Assembly: GCF_046119375.1 (NCBI RefSeq)
Contig: NW_027362768.1
Span: 94,178,001-94,242,000, forward strand
Direction: 5' to 3'
DNA from: Phyllobates terribilis
Taxonomy: Eukaryota
Length of the DNA stretch: 64,000 nucleotides
Below are positions 48,030 to 58,640 of this stretch, piece by piece; within the stretch, counting starts at the first letter, position 1; each line of letters opens with the position of its first letter. Made by a program: the position numbers and the translations under genes. Below the pieces are notes generated by a model. The model worked only from the letters and a program-made list of their open reading frames with translations. It was not told where the DNA came from and searched no databases.

Positions 48030-48185
48030 ATGCAAGCTGCAGTCTGTCTCCTGAGCTTGGTATCAATGTACTGGAAGTTACAGGTAGTGTCAAGTGTGCG
48101 GCTCAGAGACCATGGCTATGAGAATGTGATTATTGCTATTCACCCACAAGTGCAAGAAAATCCACAAATTATCACAGCAATTAAG
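48030..48185 (+). CDS. First coding exon of a CLCA-family (calcium-activated chloride channel regulator-like) gene; the rest lies outside the window
   Basis: MQAAVCLLSLVSMYWKLQVVSS (signal-peptide-like) is followed by VRLRDHGYENVIIAIHPQVQENPQIITAIK, resembling the CLCA motif [30 protein letters not shown]. It ends at a strong phase-0 donor aag|gtaagg. Confidence 0.8.
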
Positions 48186-49170
48186 GTAAGGAGCGGAAGA
48201 TTGAGATTATCCAGTCATTGCACATAATCTGTCAACTTTTTACAGTATATGCAGAATGTACATTTCTACAACTTGTAACCTTTTGAGAGAAACTTTTAAA
48301 ATTCAAATTTCCACATGTTTTGAAGAATATTATTTTGTCGGAACTTAATTTGCTACAAATGGAAAGTACTGAAAAAACTCCAATCGCCCTTAAAGGATGT
48401 GTACAACACTCTGAAGTCCATTAGGACCGTACACAACCTCTTTAAAGCAAACGCAGACCTTTAAAAAATTGAAAATGTTTTAAAAAAAAATTCTCTTTTT
48501 GGGGGCAAATGCCTGCCGTTCCAGTGTTTTTACACATGTGGCGTATGCGGAAGAAGCCATGATTTTTGCTGGATGCTAACGATACAATATTCTCAATGGA
48601 TAAAGATGTCCAGAATAAATGTAAAATTGTAGAACAAGTATTATGGTTTATTCTCAACACGTTTCAAAGAACAGATAACTTCTTCATCCGGAGAACCACA
48701 GATTTGAACCATTTATGCTCACCAGTCATTGTCCTTCACTTGTCTCCTTATTCCATCTCCTCCTGGTACCCTGGTTCTTCATGTCAACGACATGCGTCAA
48801 TCCCAATGTGATTATTGTGAGTCTTAACGCTGGAAGAACCAGGGAAGATTCATCGGTGAAGTAAGGAGTCAGGTGAGGGTCTAGAACTTGGAGCACTTTT
48901 GATTTGGAATGAATTTTATTACGACCAAATTGAGTCTTCCGACCATTTAGACTGAATCTGCCTAAGAATAAATTAATATCCTGTTCACATGTCAGTGCTC
49001 CTAATGTTATGTCTGATCAATGTATAATTTATGAGACAAAGAAATAATCGAGTAATTATTATGTTGTTTTTCATAACCTGACTAACATGGACTATAGTAA
49101 TGTTTCTGGTTGTAATAAAAGCTGCTGAAATGTAAAAAACAAAAAACTATGGGCCTGATTCATTAAAGTA

Positions 49171-49411
49171 TAGTGATGAGCGAACGCGCTCGCCACTACT
49201 CGGTATTCGCCCGAGCATCATGGTGCTCGACAAGCTCGGCGAGTATTTCCGGGTTGCTCGGGCGGGAGCTCTGATCCCCTCCCTGCATGTTTGGCACTCT
49301 TTAGAGAGCCAATGAACATGCAGGGATTGCCTGCCTTGCACTTTTAATGCCGTAGCCATGTTGATTGTGGCATTACAGTGATTGGCTGGCCGCACAGCGT
49401 CATCAGGTCTA
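49171..49411 (+). mobile_element. Left part of a TAGTGATGAGCG-family hAT MITE, interrupted by the Gypsy LTR
   Basis: Starts tagtgatgagcgaacgcgctcg, with gctcgg/ccgagc subterminal motifs, and stops abruptly at the LTR TG. Confidence 0.7.
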
Positions 49412-50412
49412 TGACGCGCCCCCTGGGCCATGTGTGGGGGAATACCCGGAGCCGGGTCTCTGTGTAATGCTAGGGGTTGTAGTCTCCATGGCGGCGACCC
49501 GGTCCCGTGGCTCAGGGTGGTCAAACCAGTGGCGGATCTGTTTCTTTCGTTTTGTAATGTTTAAATATCCGACTACGCCACCCGTGGATTGCGGTCACTG
49601 AGAACCGCCGCTGCAGGGCAGACCGCTGAGGCCGATGTGTGCGCAGCAGAGGGTAGTATAACTCCCCACGGGAGGAGTATAGCCTCAGGGCAGTGGCTAT
49701 AGATGGTGAGGGTTGTGGTGCATGGGCGCAGCAGAAATGACTCAGAGTCTGTACAGTGCAGTTCAGGGACTTTACTGTTGGTAATGAAGAAGGCCCTGCC
49801 GGGAGTACTGGCTAACATTAGAGGCCTGGTCAGTCTGTGAGCGAACAAGAGTCCCCCTGGCCAGGTGGAGATATAGGCCTTCCCGTCTGACTGCACTCTT
49901 CCTGGCTACCCTGCTGTAGTCGTGTAGTAGCCCACGTCCCTGAGTGTACCGTGTGGTGCTCACTCGTATGGCTGGTGACTTGGGGCCTTTGGTTCCTTCC
50001 ACTCCTCGATGGCGGTGCTGGTCCCTTGCGTGTGACTGAGCCTCCGGGCTTTCTATGGCCCAGCAGAAATCCCCTACCAGGTGGTTTCTGCTGCTGGATG
50101 TAGAAATCCTCACAGCCTCTGACTCCAGTGTCCGGTTCTCTGCGTCTTTCCGCCAGGACGAGCTCTGCTCCAGTCCCTGGTATTCAGCTCCTGGCTCCTA
50201 CAGAGCTCCTTGCTGCTGCTCTGTCCCTTCTCTGCTCTGACTGGACTCCCTAACCCCGCCCCAGATCCAGTTTATAAAGGGCAGGTTCATCCCCTCCCTG
50301 GACTGGGGCAGGAGGTGTGGCATGCAATATTGCTCCTGACCAGGAAAACCCATGCTCGCTCTCAGACATGATTTTTCTACCCCTGTGGCAACCAGACCCC
50401 TGGGGTGCCACA
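49412..50412 (-). repeat. 3' LTR (1001 bp)
   Basis: TG...CA termini. The polypurine tract (minus strand actaggggggaa) is adjacent at about 50413-50424. Confidence 0.92.
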
Positions 50413-50599
50413 TTCCCCCCTAGTGAATTTTAGTACTCCGGGACTAAACATATTTTATGACAACATAATATAACAGGGTATAAGCAATAACTCAACATTA
50501 GTGTTGAGCATTCCGATACTGAAATATCGGGTATCGGCCGATATTCGCGGTATCGGAATTCCGATACTTAATTCCGATACTATTGCAATATCGTATACC

Positions 50600-50780
50600 G
50601 GAATCGGAAGTTCCCATAATGCAATGAGACATTTTCATTTTATTCAGCCAATGAGGATCCTAAGAAGTGTGGGCACATCCTGTTAGGCATGTAGGCATCT
50701 TAACTAATGGCATGGCTGTGATTGGCTGCTGAAATGATGTCATGATGCACTATAAAAGCCACCGCCGCCATTTTGAGCTC
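50600..50780 (+). promoter_or_regulatory. Putative Pol II promoter of the hAT element
   Basis: ccaat and attgg boxes, TATAAAA at 50751-50757, and a YY1-like gccgccatttt at 50764-50774. Confidence 0.4.
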
Positions 50781-50889
50781 ACTCTGCTGTGAATTCAGTT
50801 AGGGATAGGACGCTGTTGTTCTGAGGGACAGTTTTAGCTACCTATTTGCTCTATACTGCTTTACCCAAGCTACTTTCTAAATCACTGTG

Positions 50890-51680
50890 CCTTGCAGTGC
50901 TAGTGCACAGTTCCCTGTGCTGTTCACCGCTATCTGCAAGGTCTGTGTGTGTGAGTGCAGCTCACCCTGTAGTGTGTGCTTCAGCCAAGTCTGGTTGTAG
51001 TGCACTCAGTGTGTGTCACTGCCTCATACATTGTCCTTTTTTGCCAATTCATAATTTTTCCTGATATCTCCTATTAGTGTGGTGGTTCCATCTGTATTCA
51101 GCTAAATTGGTTCCAAACACACTATATAGGAGTAGATAGAGAAATTTTTTTCCGTCTTGCAGCACTAGTGCACAGTGCTCTGCATCTGTACTGTTCACCG
51201 CTGTCTGCAAGGTCTGGTGTGTGAGTGCAACTCACCCTGTAGTGTGTGCTTCAACCCCGTCTGGTTGTAGTGCACTCAGTGTGTGTCACTGCCTCATACA
51301 TTGTCCTTTATTGCCAATTCATAATTTTTCCTGATATCTCCTATTAGTGTGGTGGTTCCATCTGTATTCAGCTAAATTGGTTCCAAACACACTATATAGG
51401 AGTAGATAGAGAATTTTTTTCCATCTTGCAGCACTAGTGCACAGTGCTCTGCATCTGTACTGTTCACCGCTGTCTGCAAGGTCTGGTGTGTGAGTGCAGC
51501 TCACCCTGTAGTGTGTGCTTCAACCCCGTCTGGTTGTAGTGCACTCAGTGTGTGTCACTGCCTCATACATTGTCCTTTATTGCCAATTCATAATTTTTCC
51601 TGATATCTCCTATTAGTGTGGTGGTTCCATCCATATTCAGCTAAATTGATTCCAAACACACTATATAGGAGTAGATAGAG
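50890..51680. repeat. Three tandem copies of a 264-270-bp unit inside the hAT 5' region
   Basis: ctagtgcacag at 50900, 51164 and 51434, with near-identical downstream text. Confidence 0.92.
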
Positions 51681-52035
51681 GAGCCTTTCTGCAGCATTGG
51701 GCCCTGCAGCCCCAGCCAGATTAGTATTAGCCTATTTTTTGCAGCCTCATCTATTGCATTGTAGGTTACCTTCCTACATTGTAATAGCTACAAAAAGTTT
51801 GTGATACTATCGTTATTACATCTTTAGGCACATCCAGTGTCTTTTTGTGACAAAAAAAACCTAAATAAAGTTCACCAAACACTCCACTTTACAGTTGTGT
51901 AGGCCACATTAGCTCATATTAAAGTCTAGTCCACACTTTATAAAATTAGTGTTTCTTATACCTGTTAGCAGCTGTTCAGGAATAAGCACACTAAGCCCTT
52001 AGTACTTTTCTGCCTATCTTTATCAGTCTACCAAG

Positions 52036-55000
52036 ATGAAGAAGGCAGGGAGTAAGGCATGTGGTCGTGGTCGTGGGCGTGGGCGTGGAGTTTCTGCAGG
52101 GAGAGGACGTGAGGATTCTGTGCCTGCAGGGAGAGGACGTGGGGATTCTGTGCCTGCTGCGGGCACCAGTGACTCAGCATCCCCCAGTTTTACCAGGGAA
52201 CAGTCCTTTATGCGCAGCTTTGTAGGAGCTAGCCGTACCCCACTGCTGCGCGAGGACCAAATTGAAGCCGTTGTCGGATGGATGGCAGCTAACGCATCGA
52301 CTTCAATTAGTTCCAGATCCTCTCAGGTCCTGAGCACTGAAGAGCACCCATCTGTCTCTTCACCACCTGCCAAATTGCCCAGGCAGTCAGAGAGCCCTGG
52401 ACAGGAGCCATCTCTACTTCTGTTCTCTGAATCTCTTGGCTTGGAAAGAGGGGGCCAGCCAAGCAGAATTCGAGAATTTGAAGAAGAGGTAGTATGCAGT
52501 GATGCGCAACCGTTTTGTCTCTCTGAATCTGAAGAGGCGGGTGGGCCAGTGCCTATGGTCAGCAGCACACCTCAGTACGCATCTGATGATGAGACTCAGG
52601 TGCCACTTTCTGGTGCGTACTGTGCTGTCGAGACTACCCAGGAGAAGCAGTTGTTTGAAGAGGGTGGTGTAGATGATGAGGTCCTTGACCCATCATGGCG
52701 TGAGGGACAGGAAGGTGGTGGGAGCAGCTCTGAGGAAGAGATTCCCCGAACGGCCCAAAAAGGAGGGAGAGGGAGGGGGCAGACTTGGTTGCCTGTAGCC
52801 TCCACTTCGGCACCCATTAGGAGCATGGCTCTTCCAAAATCCAAAGCGGGCGCTCCCAAGACTTGCAGTGCCTGGTCCTTTTTTGACACAGTTGCAGATG
52901 ACATTTGCTTTGTCAAATGCAAGCTGTGTAATCAGAAGGTGAAAAGAGGGAAAAGTGTCAGCAACCTCAATACCACAAATATGTGGAAACATGTGCGGAC
53001 CAAGCACGTGGTGGAGTTACACAAACACACTGAAGACCTAGGCCAACCTACAGCGCCACCTACCACCTCTTCAGCTCGTGTTGTAGCCTCTTCCTCCAGC
53101 TCACACACAGCTGGTTCGGCTTCCTCACAGGATCGCCATGGAAGAATCTCTGGCACTGTTGTACAGAGACACAGTGTAATTCCACCCACAGCACCACTTT
53201 CCCAGTCATCCTCACACTCCCAGGCCAGTCTACAGCCATCGTTAGCACAGGCATGGGAGAAAAGGCGCCCATACTCGGCAAACCACCCCCGAGCACAGGC
53301 TCTGAATGCTGGCATTGCTAAACTACTGGCCCTTGAAATGCTATCATTCAGGCTGGTGGAGACTGACACATTCCGTAACTTTATGGCATTGGCAGTCCCA
53401 CAATACAACGTGCCCAGCCGCTTTTATTTCAGCAGGCAAGCCGTCCCTGCCCTGCAACATCATGTGGAGGGAAAAATTAAACATGCGCTACAAAACGCCG
53501 TCAGTAGCAAGGTCCACCTGACCACTGATGCGTGGACCAGTAAGCATGGACAGGGACGATACCTTTCCCTCACTGCCCATTGGGTAAATGTTGTGGAGCC
53601 GGGTACAGATCTTGAGAGTGGCGCTGTACGTGTTCTGCCAACTCCAAGGATTGCAGGAATCCAGTCTGTACACATTGACTCCTCCTCATACTCCAGTTCC
53701 TCTGAATCAGCGCTGCAGGAGCCGTCACGGTCTACCTCCACATCGACCCGTGAACGGTTACCTGTTATGATGACCGATATGAGCACAGCCGTGGCCAAAC
53801 GTCAACAGGCCGTATTAAAATTAATTTCTTTGGGTAATCGAAGCCACACAGCGCAGGAGCTCTGGAATGCCATCAAGCAGCAGAGTGACGTGTGGTTTGT
53901 GCCAGCGAATCTCCAGCCAGGCATGGTAGTGTGTGACAATGGCCGAAATCTGGTGGCAGCTCTGGGCCTAGGCAACCTCACTCACATCCCATGTCTGGCA
54001 CATGTGCTCAACTTGGTCGTGCAGAGTTTTTTGAGGGACTATCCGGATCTTGATGCACTGCTTCACAAGGTCCGCATAGAGTGCGCTCACTTGCGGCGTT
54101 CCAGCAATGCAAGATCACGCATTGCAGCTCTGCAGCGCCGATTATGTCTTCCGGAACATCGCATCATATGTGACCTACCCACCAGGTGGAATTCAACGTT
54201 ACATATGTTGGAGAGGTTGTGTGAGCAGCAGGCAGCAGTAATGGAGTACCAGCTGCAGCAGGCGCAAACAAGTCGCAGTGCGCGCCGTTCACACTTCACC
54301 ACCACTGAGTGGTCCTCTATGAAGGACATTTGCCACGTTTTGCGTGCCTTCGATTATTCCACGCGGATGGCGAGTGCAGATGATGCACTAGTCAGCATGA
54401 CTATCCCCCTTATCTGCCTGCTTGAAAAAACACTGCAAGCACTAAGGGACGAGGTTTTGGAAGAGGTGGAGGATGAGGAGTCACAAATGCCATCTGCTTC
54501 TCTACAGTCTGCGCAACGTGGTTCCTCACAAAGGCCTAGGCAGGGGACACTTTGTGAGGAGGATGAGGAGGAGTCAATGGATGAGGAAGACATCTGTCCA
54601 GAGGAGGGAGGTACACAATGCTCTAGTAGTCAGTATCTAGAGCGAGGGTGGGGTGATGCAGAGCAGGCAGAGATCACGCCTCAAGCAGGGGACTGCGTTT
54701 CTTGGCCAGTTGGCAGTCTGCAGCACATGGTTGATTTCATGCTGCAGTGCCTCAGAAACGACCGCCGCATCGCCCACATTCTCAACACGGCTGATTATTG
54801 GGTGTCCACCCTCCTAGATCCTCGCTACCGGGACAACTTACAAAGCCTCATAACACCATTGAACCGGGAGCGTAAAATGCGGGAGTACCAAGACGCACTG
54901 GTGCATTCCATCATGTTCTCCATTCCAACCGAGAGCAGTGCTGCTAGTGCTTTACAAAGCAGCTCAGTGCGTCGAGGCAGTGGAGGAAGCTCTGCACAAA

Positions 55001-55428
55001 GAGGGAGCAGAAGCAGCGCCTCAGCACAAGGCAAGACCAGTATGGCCGAAATGTGGCAAAGTTTTGTGTCCCCGCCGCCACAAATGTCTACACCATCACA
55101 GACAGCTCCAGTCAGCAGGAGGCAACGTTTCCGTCAGATGGTGACAGACTACATGTCTTGCCCTCTTAGTGTACTCCCAGACGGCTCTTCTCCCTTCAAG
55201 TTTTGGGTCTGTAAGCTGGATACATGGCCAGAGCTTAGTCAGTATGCACTGGAGGTGCTAGCTTGCCCTGCTGCTAGTGTATTATCGGAACGCGTCTTTA
55301 GTGCCGCAGGTGGTGTACTAACAGACCGTCGCATGCGACTATCCTCCGATAACGTTGACCGGCTTACTTTTCTCAAAATGAACAAGGCCTGGATCTCTCA
55401 TGAATTTGCCAGTCCTCTTCCAGAATAA
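52036..55428 (+). CDS. hAT transposase with BED zinc finger, 1130 aa, uninterrupted
   Basis: BED finger (WSFF...CKLC...MWKHVRTKH), LTTDAW (D1), VCDNGRN (D2), CLAH (CxxH), TRWNST, and the C-terminal dimerisation region WPELSQYALEVLACPAASVLSERVFS (E). AATAAA overlaps the stop (55424-55429). Confidence 0.95.
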   Translation: MKKAGSKACGRGRGRGRGVSAGRGREDSVPAGRGRGDSVPAAGTSDSASPSFTREQSFMRSFVGASRTPLLREDQIEAVVGWMAANASTSISSRSSQVLSTEEHPSVSSPPAKLPRQSESPGQEPSLLLFSESLGLERGGQPSRIREFEEEVVCSDAQPFCLSESEEAGGPVPMVSSTPQYASDDETQVPLSGAYCAVETTQEKQLFEEGGVDDEVLDPSWREGQEGGGSSSEEEIPRTAQKGGRGRGQTWLPVASTSAPIRSMALPKSKAGAPKTCSAWSFFDTVADDICFVKCKLCNQKVKRGKSVSNLNTTNMWKHVRTKHVVELHKHTEDLGQPTAPPTTSSARVVASSSSSHTAGSASSQDRHGRISGTVVQRHSVIPPTAPLSQSSSHSQASLQPSLAQAWEKRRPYSANHPRAQALNAGIAKLLALEMLSFRLVETDTFRNFMALAVPQYNVPSRFYFSRQAVPALQHHVEGKIKHALQNAVSSKVHLTTDAWTSKHGQGRYLSLTAHWVNVVEPGTDLESGAVRVLPTPRIAGIQSVHIDSSSYSSSSESALQEPSRSTSTSTRERLPVMMTDMSTAVAKRQQAVLKLISLGNRSHTAQELWNAIKQQSDVWFVPANLQPGMVVCDNGRNLVAALGLGNLTHIPCLAHVLNLVVQSFLRDYPDLDALLHKVRIECAHLRRSSNARSRIAALQRRLCLPEHRIICDLPTRWNSTLHMLERLCEQQAAVMEYQLQQAQTSRSARRSHFTTTEWSSMKDICHVLRAFDYSTRMASADDALVSMTIPLICLLEKTLQALRDEVLEEVEDEESQMPSASLQSAQRGSSQRPRQGTLCEEDEEESMDEEDICPEEGGTQCSSSQYLERGWGDAEQAEITPQAGDCVSWPVGSLQHMVDFMLQCLRNDRRIAHILNTADYWVSTLLDPRYRDNLQSLITPLNRERKMREYQDALVHSIMFSIPTESSAASALQSSSVRRGSGGSSAQRGSRSSASAQGKTSMAEMWQSFVSPPPQMSTPSQTAPVSRRQRFRQMVTDYMSCPLSVLPDGSSPFKFWVCKLDTWPELSQYALEVLACPAASVLSERVFSAAGGVLTDRRMRLSSDNVDRLTFLKMNKAWISHEFASPLPE

Positions 55429-55494
55429 ATAATTGGTTGGCAACAGTATCCAGGTCTCCTGTTCTGTTCATGTTTCTACCACCTGAACTGTAAT

Positions 55495-56460
55495 CCCTGA
55501 GCTCCAACACCGCCAGTTGGCGCTCGGAAGTGCCGTCTGCACAGTCAACACTTGCTGCGGTGTTATTGGGGTTCGGTAACGTCAGCTGTTCCCCTGCTGT
55601 GTTCACGGCAATTTCTCCTGCTCTGTCCATATTCACTGTGCTACTTATTTAAAACTTGCTCCAATTACACCTCTGGCTCCTCCGTTTTTAGTATTTACCC
55701 TGGGCTCCAACACCGCCAGTTGGCGCTCGGAAGTGCTGTCTGCACAGTCAACACTTGCTGCCGTGTTATTGGGGTTCAGTAACGTCAGCTGTTCTCCTGC
55801 TGTGCGGACGGCAATTTCTCCTGCTTTGTCCACATCCACTGTACTACACATTTTAAAGTTGCTCGAATTACACCTCTGGCTCCTCTGTTTTCATTCTTAT
55901 CCCTGGGCTCCAGCACCGCCAGTTGGCGCTCGGAAGTGCCGTCTGCACAGTCAACACTTGCTGCGGTGTTATTGGGGTTCGGTAACGTCAGCTGTTCCCC
56001 TGCTGTGTTCACGGCAATTTCTCCTGCTCTGTCCATATTCACTGTGCTACTTATTTAAAACTTGCTCCAATTACAGCTCTGGCTCCTCCGTTTTTAGTAT
56101 TTACCCTGGGCTCCAATACCGCTAGTTGCTGCTCAGAAGTGCCGTCTGCACAGTCAACGCTTGCTCCAGTGTTATTGGGATTCAGTAACGTCAGCTGATC
56201 CCCAGCTGTGTGTCCGGCAAATTCTCCTGCTTTGTCCACATCCACTGTAGTACGGATTTAAAACCTCCTCCAAATACACCTCTGGCTCTTCTGTTTTTAG
56301 TATTTACCCTGGGCTCCAGCACCGCCAGCTGGTTCTCGGCAGTTCCATTGGCTCTTGTACCTTCTGCTACCCATCCGGGTTCCAGTACCGTCAGCTGGTT
56401 CTCGGCAGTGTCTTTGGCACGGGTACTCCCTCCTGCCCAGCCTGGTTCCAGCACGCCAGC
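55495..56460. repeat. Tandem 203-bp units (four plus a partial) inside the hAT 3' region
   Basis: ccctg(a/g)gctcc starts at 55495, 55698, 55901, 56104 and 56307. Confidence 0.92.
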
Positions 56461-56684
56461 TGTTTCCGGGTAGTGTCAACGTCACTTTGCCTCCAATGCG
56501 TTGTCCTGTCGTGTTGCGGTCGGGTTAGCCGACTCTATGGTGCCTGCAGTTTAGGTGACTCCTATGTGGGCTGCGGGATCTGGCAATGAAGGCTGGTTCC
56601 ATAGTGCCAATAGGACAAGCACCCTCTGTAGGACTGTGGGTTTTGGTAACTGCGGCCGGCTCGCGGCCTTGAACTTTTTTTTTA

Positions 56685-57235
56685 CATGGGTACCTTCTGC
56701 TACCCATCCGGGTTCCAGTACCGTCAGCTGGTTCTCGGCAGTGCCTTTGGATTAGGTGCCTCCTTCTCGGTATCCAAGTTCCACCAACGTCTGCTGGTCC
56801 TTGGTAGTGCTTTCTGGCACAGGTACCTCCTGCTTAGTAACCGAGTTCCAGTAACATCAGCTGGTCCTCGGTAGTTCCATTGGCTCTTGTACCTTCTGCT
56901 ACCCATCCGGGTTCCAGTAACATCAGCTGGTCCTCGGTAGTTCCATTGGCTCTTGTACCTTCTGCTACCCATCCGGGTTCCAGTACCGTCAGCTGGTTCT
57001 CGGCAGTGCCTTTGGATTAGGTGCCTCCTTCTCGGTATCCAAGTTCCACCAACGTCTGCTGGTCCTTGGTAGTGCTTTCTGGCACAGGTACCTCCTGCTT
57101 AGTAACCGAGTTCCAGTAACATCAGCTGGTCCTCGGTAGTTCCATTGGCTCTTGTACCTTCTGCTATCCATCCGGGTTCCAGTACCGTCAGCTGGTCCTC
57201 GGTAGTTCCTCAGCTTTCTTGTACCTTCTGCTACA
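56685..57235. repeat. Complex short-unit tandem repeats (gtaccttctgctacccatccgggttccagta.. / cagctgg..ctcgg)
   Basis: Directly visible, including a duplicated ~290-bp block. Confidence 0.85.
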
Positions 57236-57289
57236 TTTCCAAGTTCAAGCTTTTTGAAATGGTTCTTGGTAATCACTCTGGATCTCCCT

Positions 57290-58130
57290 GACGAGGACCC
57301 TGAAGACGAGGACCCTGAAGACCAACCCTAAGAAGACGAGGACCCCGAAGACAATGACCCTGAAGACGAGGACCCTGAAGACCACCCCGAAGAAGACGAG
57401 GACCCTGAAGACCACCCCGAAGAAGACGAGGACCCTGAAGACCACCCCGAAGAAGACGAGGACCCCGAAGACGAGGACCCAGAAGACCAACCCGAAGAAG
57501 ACGAGGACCCCGAAGACGAGGACCCCCGAAGACGACGACCCTGAAGACCACCCCGAAGAAGACCAAGAAGATGACCCTGAAGAAGTTGACCAAGAAGACA
57601 AAGAAGAGAAGACAAGCACCAAGATACAGAAAAACAAGAGACAGAAAACCAAGAAGCAGAAATACAAGAAGCTGCAGAACAAAAAGCGGAAGAACATTAA
57701 GCATAAGACTAAAAATCAGAGCAAAAGATAATATCTAAATTATAAGCAGAAGATGACTAAGCAGTGTATGGGGGTGAGTCCGTTCCTCCTCGTGGTGCCC
57801 CTGGAAAAGACCTGCTGCTGCAGGCCAAACTGAACGCGGACAAATCCTGTTGTAAATCTTTTGTGACGGGCAGAACGAAAGGTGTAATGTCCAACCTTTT
57901 ATAGATAACAACTACAGGAATGCCTGTCACAAATAAGAATATGATGAAGAAGAAGAATATGAAGAAGATGAAGAAGTAGAATATGAAGAATGTAAAAAAA
58001 AGAATAATACGAAGAAGGTGAAGAAGAAGAAGGTGAAGAAGAAGTGGATGAAAAAGATGCTGAGGATGATGAAGGAGAAAGTGTGGGAGAAGTAAAAAAG
58101 AAGGTGAAGAGCATGGAAGTAGTGAAACAT
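57290..58130. repeat. Purine-rich low-complexity arrays (gaagacgaggaccc units; gaa-rich tract)
   Basis: Directly visible at 57290-57620 and 57940-58130. Confidence 0.9.
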
Positions 58131-58640
58131 AAATATCTGACAAAATATAAAAATACTTAACATAGTTAATATTTCCGTAACTCAGAACATAATAAAAAAA
58201 TATTAATTCCTGCTATTCCATTTGACTGGGCTAAACCTCTATGCCTTTATTGTCTCCCCCACCTCCCCCAATACATTCTACATTATTCTTAGTTGTTTTC
58301 CTTCATGTAGAAATAACCTACAAGGAAAGAAAGGGTTTATTTTAATTCCGATATTTATGTCCCATTGACTTGCATTGGTTTCCGGTATCGGAATCGGCGA
58401 TATCCGATACTTTTTCGGTATCGGTCCGATCCAATCCGATCCGATATTTCCCGATATCGGAAGGTATCGCTCAACACTACTCAACATATATACAAGAAGT
58501 TTAGTCTTTATAGGTCACGGCGCTTCCGTAATCAGGTGTCCATGTCACCCAAGATGCATTTTGAGGGACCCGTCCCAAACCCTCCACGTAGGCCCTGGGG
58601 CGGCTACAGGGCATCGATGATCCGACGTTGGACCACATCT

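Larger units (their letters stand above)
50499..58479 (+). mobile_element. Autonomous-type hAT DNA transposon, 7981 bp
   Basis: Perfect 11-bp TIRs TAGTGTTGAGC / GCTCAACACTA. Identical 8-bp TSD ctcaacat (50491-50498, 58480-58487). Clustered ccgata/tatcgg subterminal motifs at both ends. Confidence 0.96.

Noticed and set aside
52323-55034. Multiple 60-158 aa ORFs antisense or out of frame to the transposase
   Set aside because: They are shadow ORFs of a long GC-balanced coding region.
57245-58163. Hydrophobic or Ser/Gly-rich minus-strand ORFs
   Set aside because: They are antisense readings of purine-rich low-complexity repeats.
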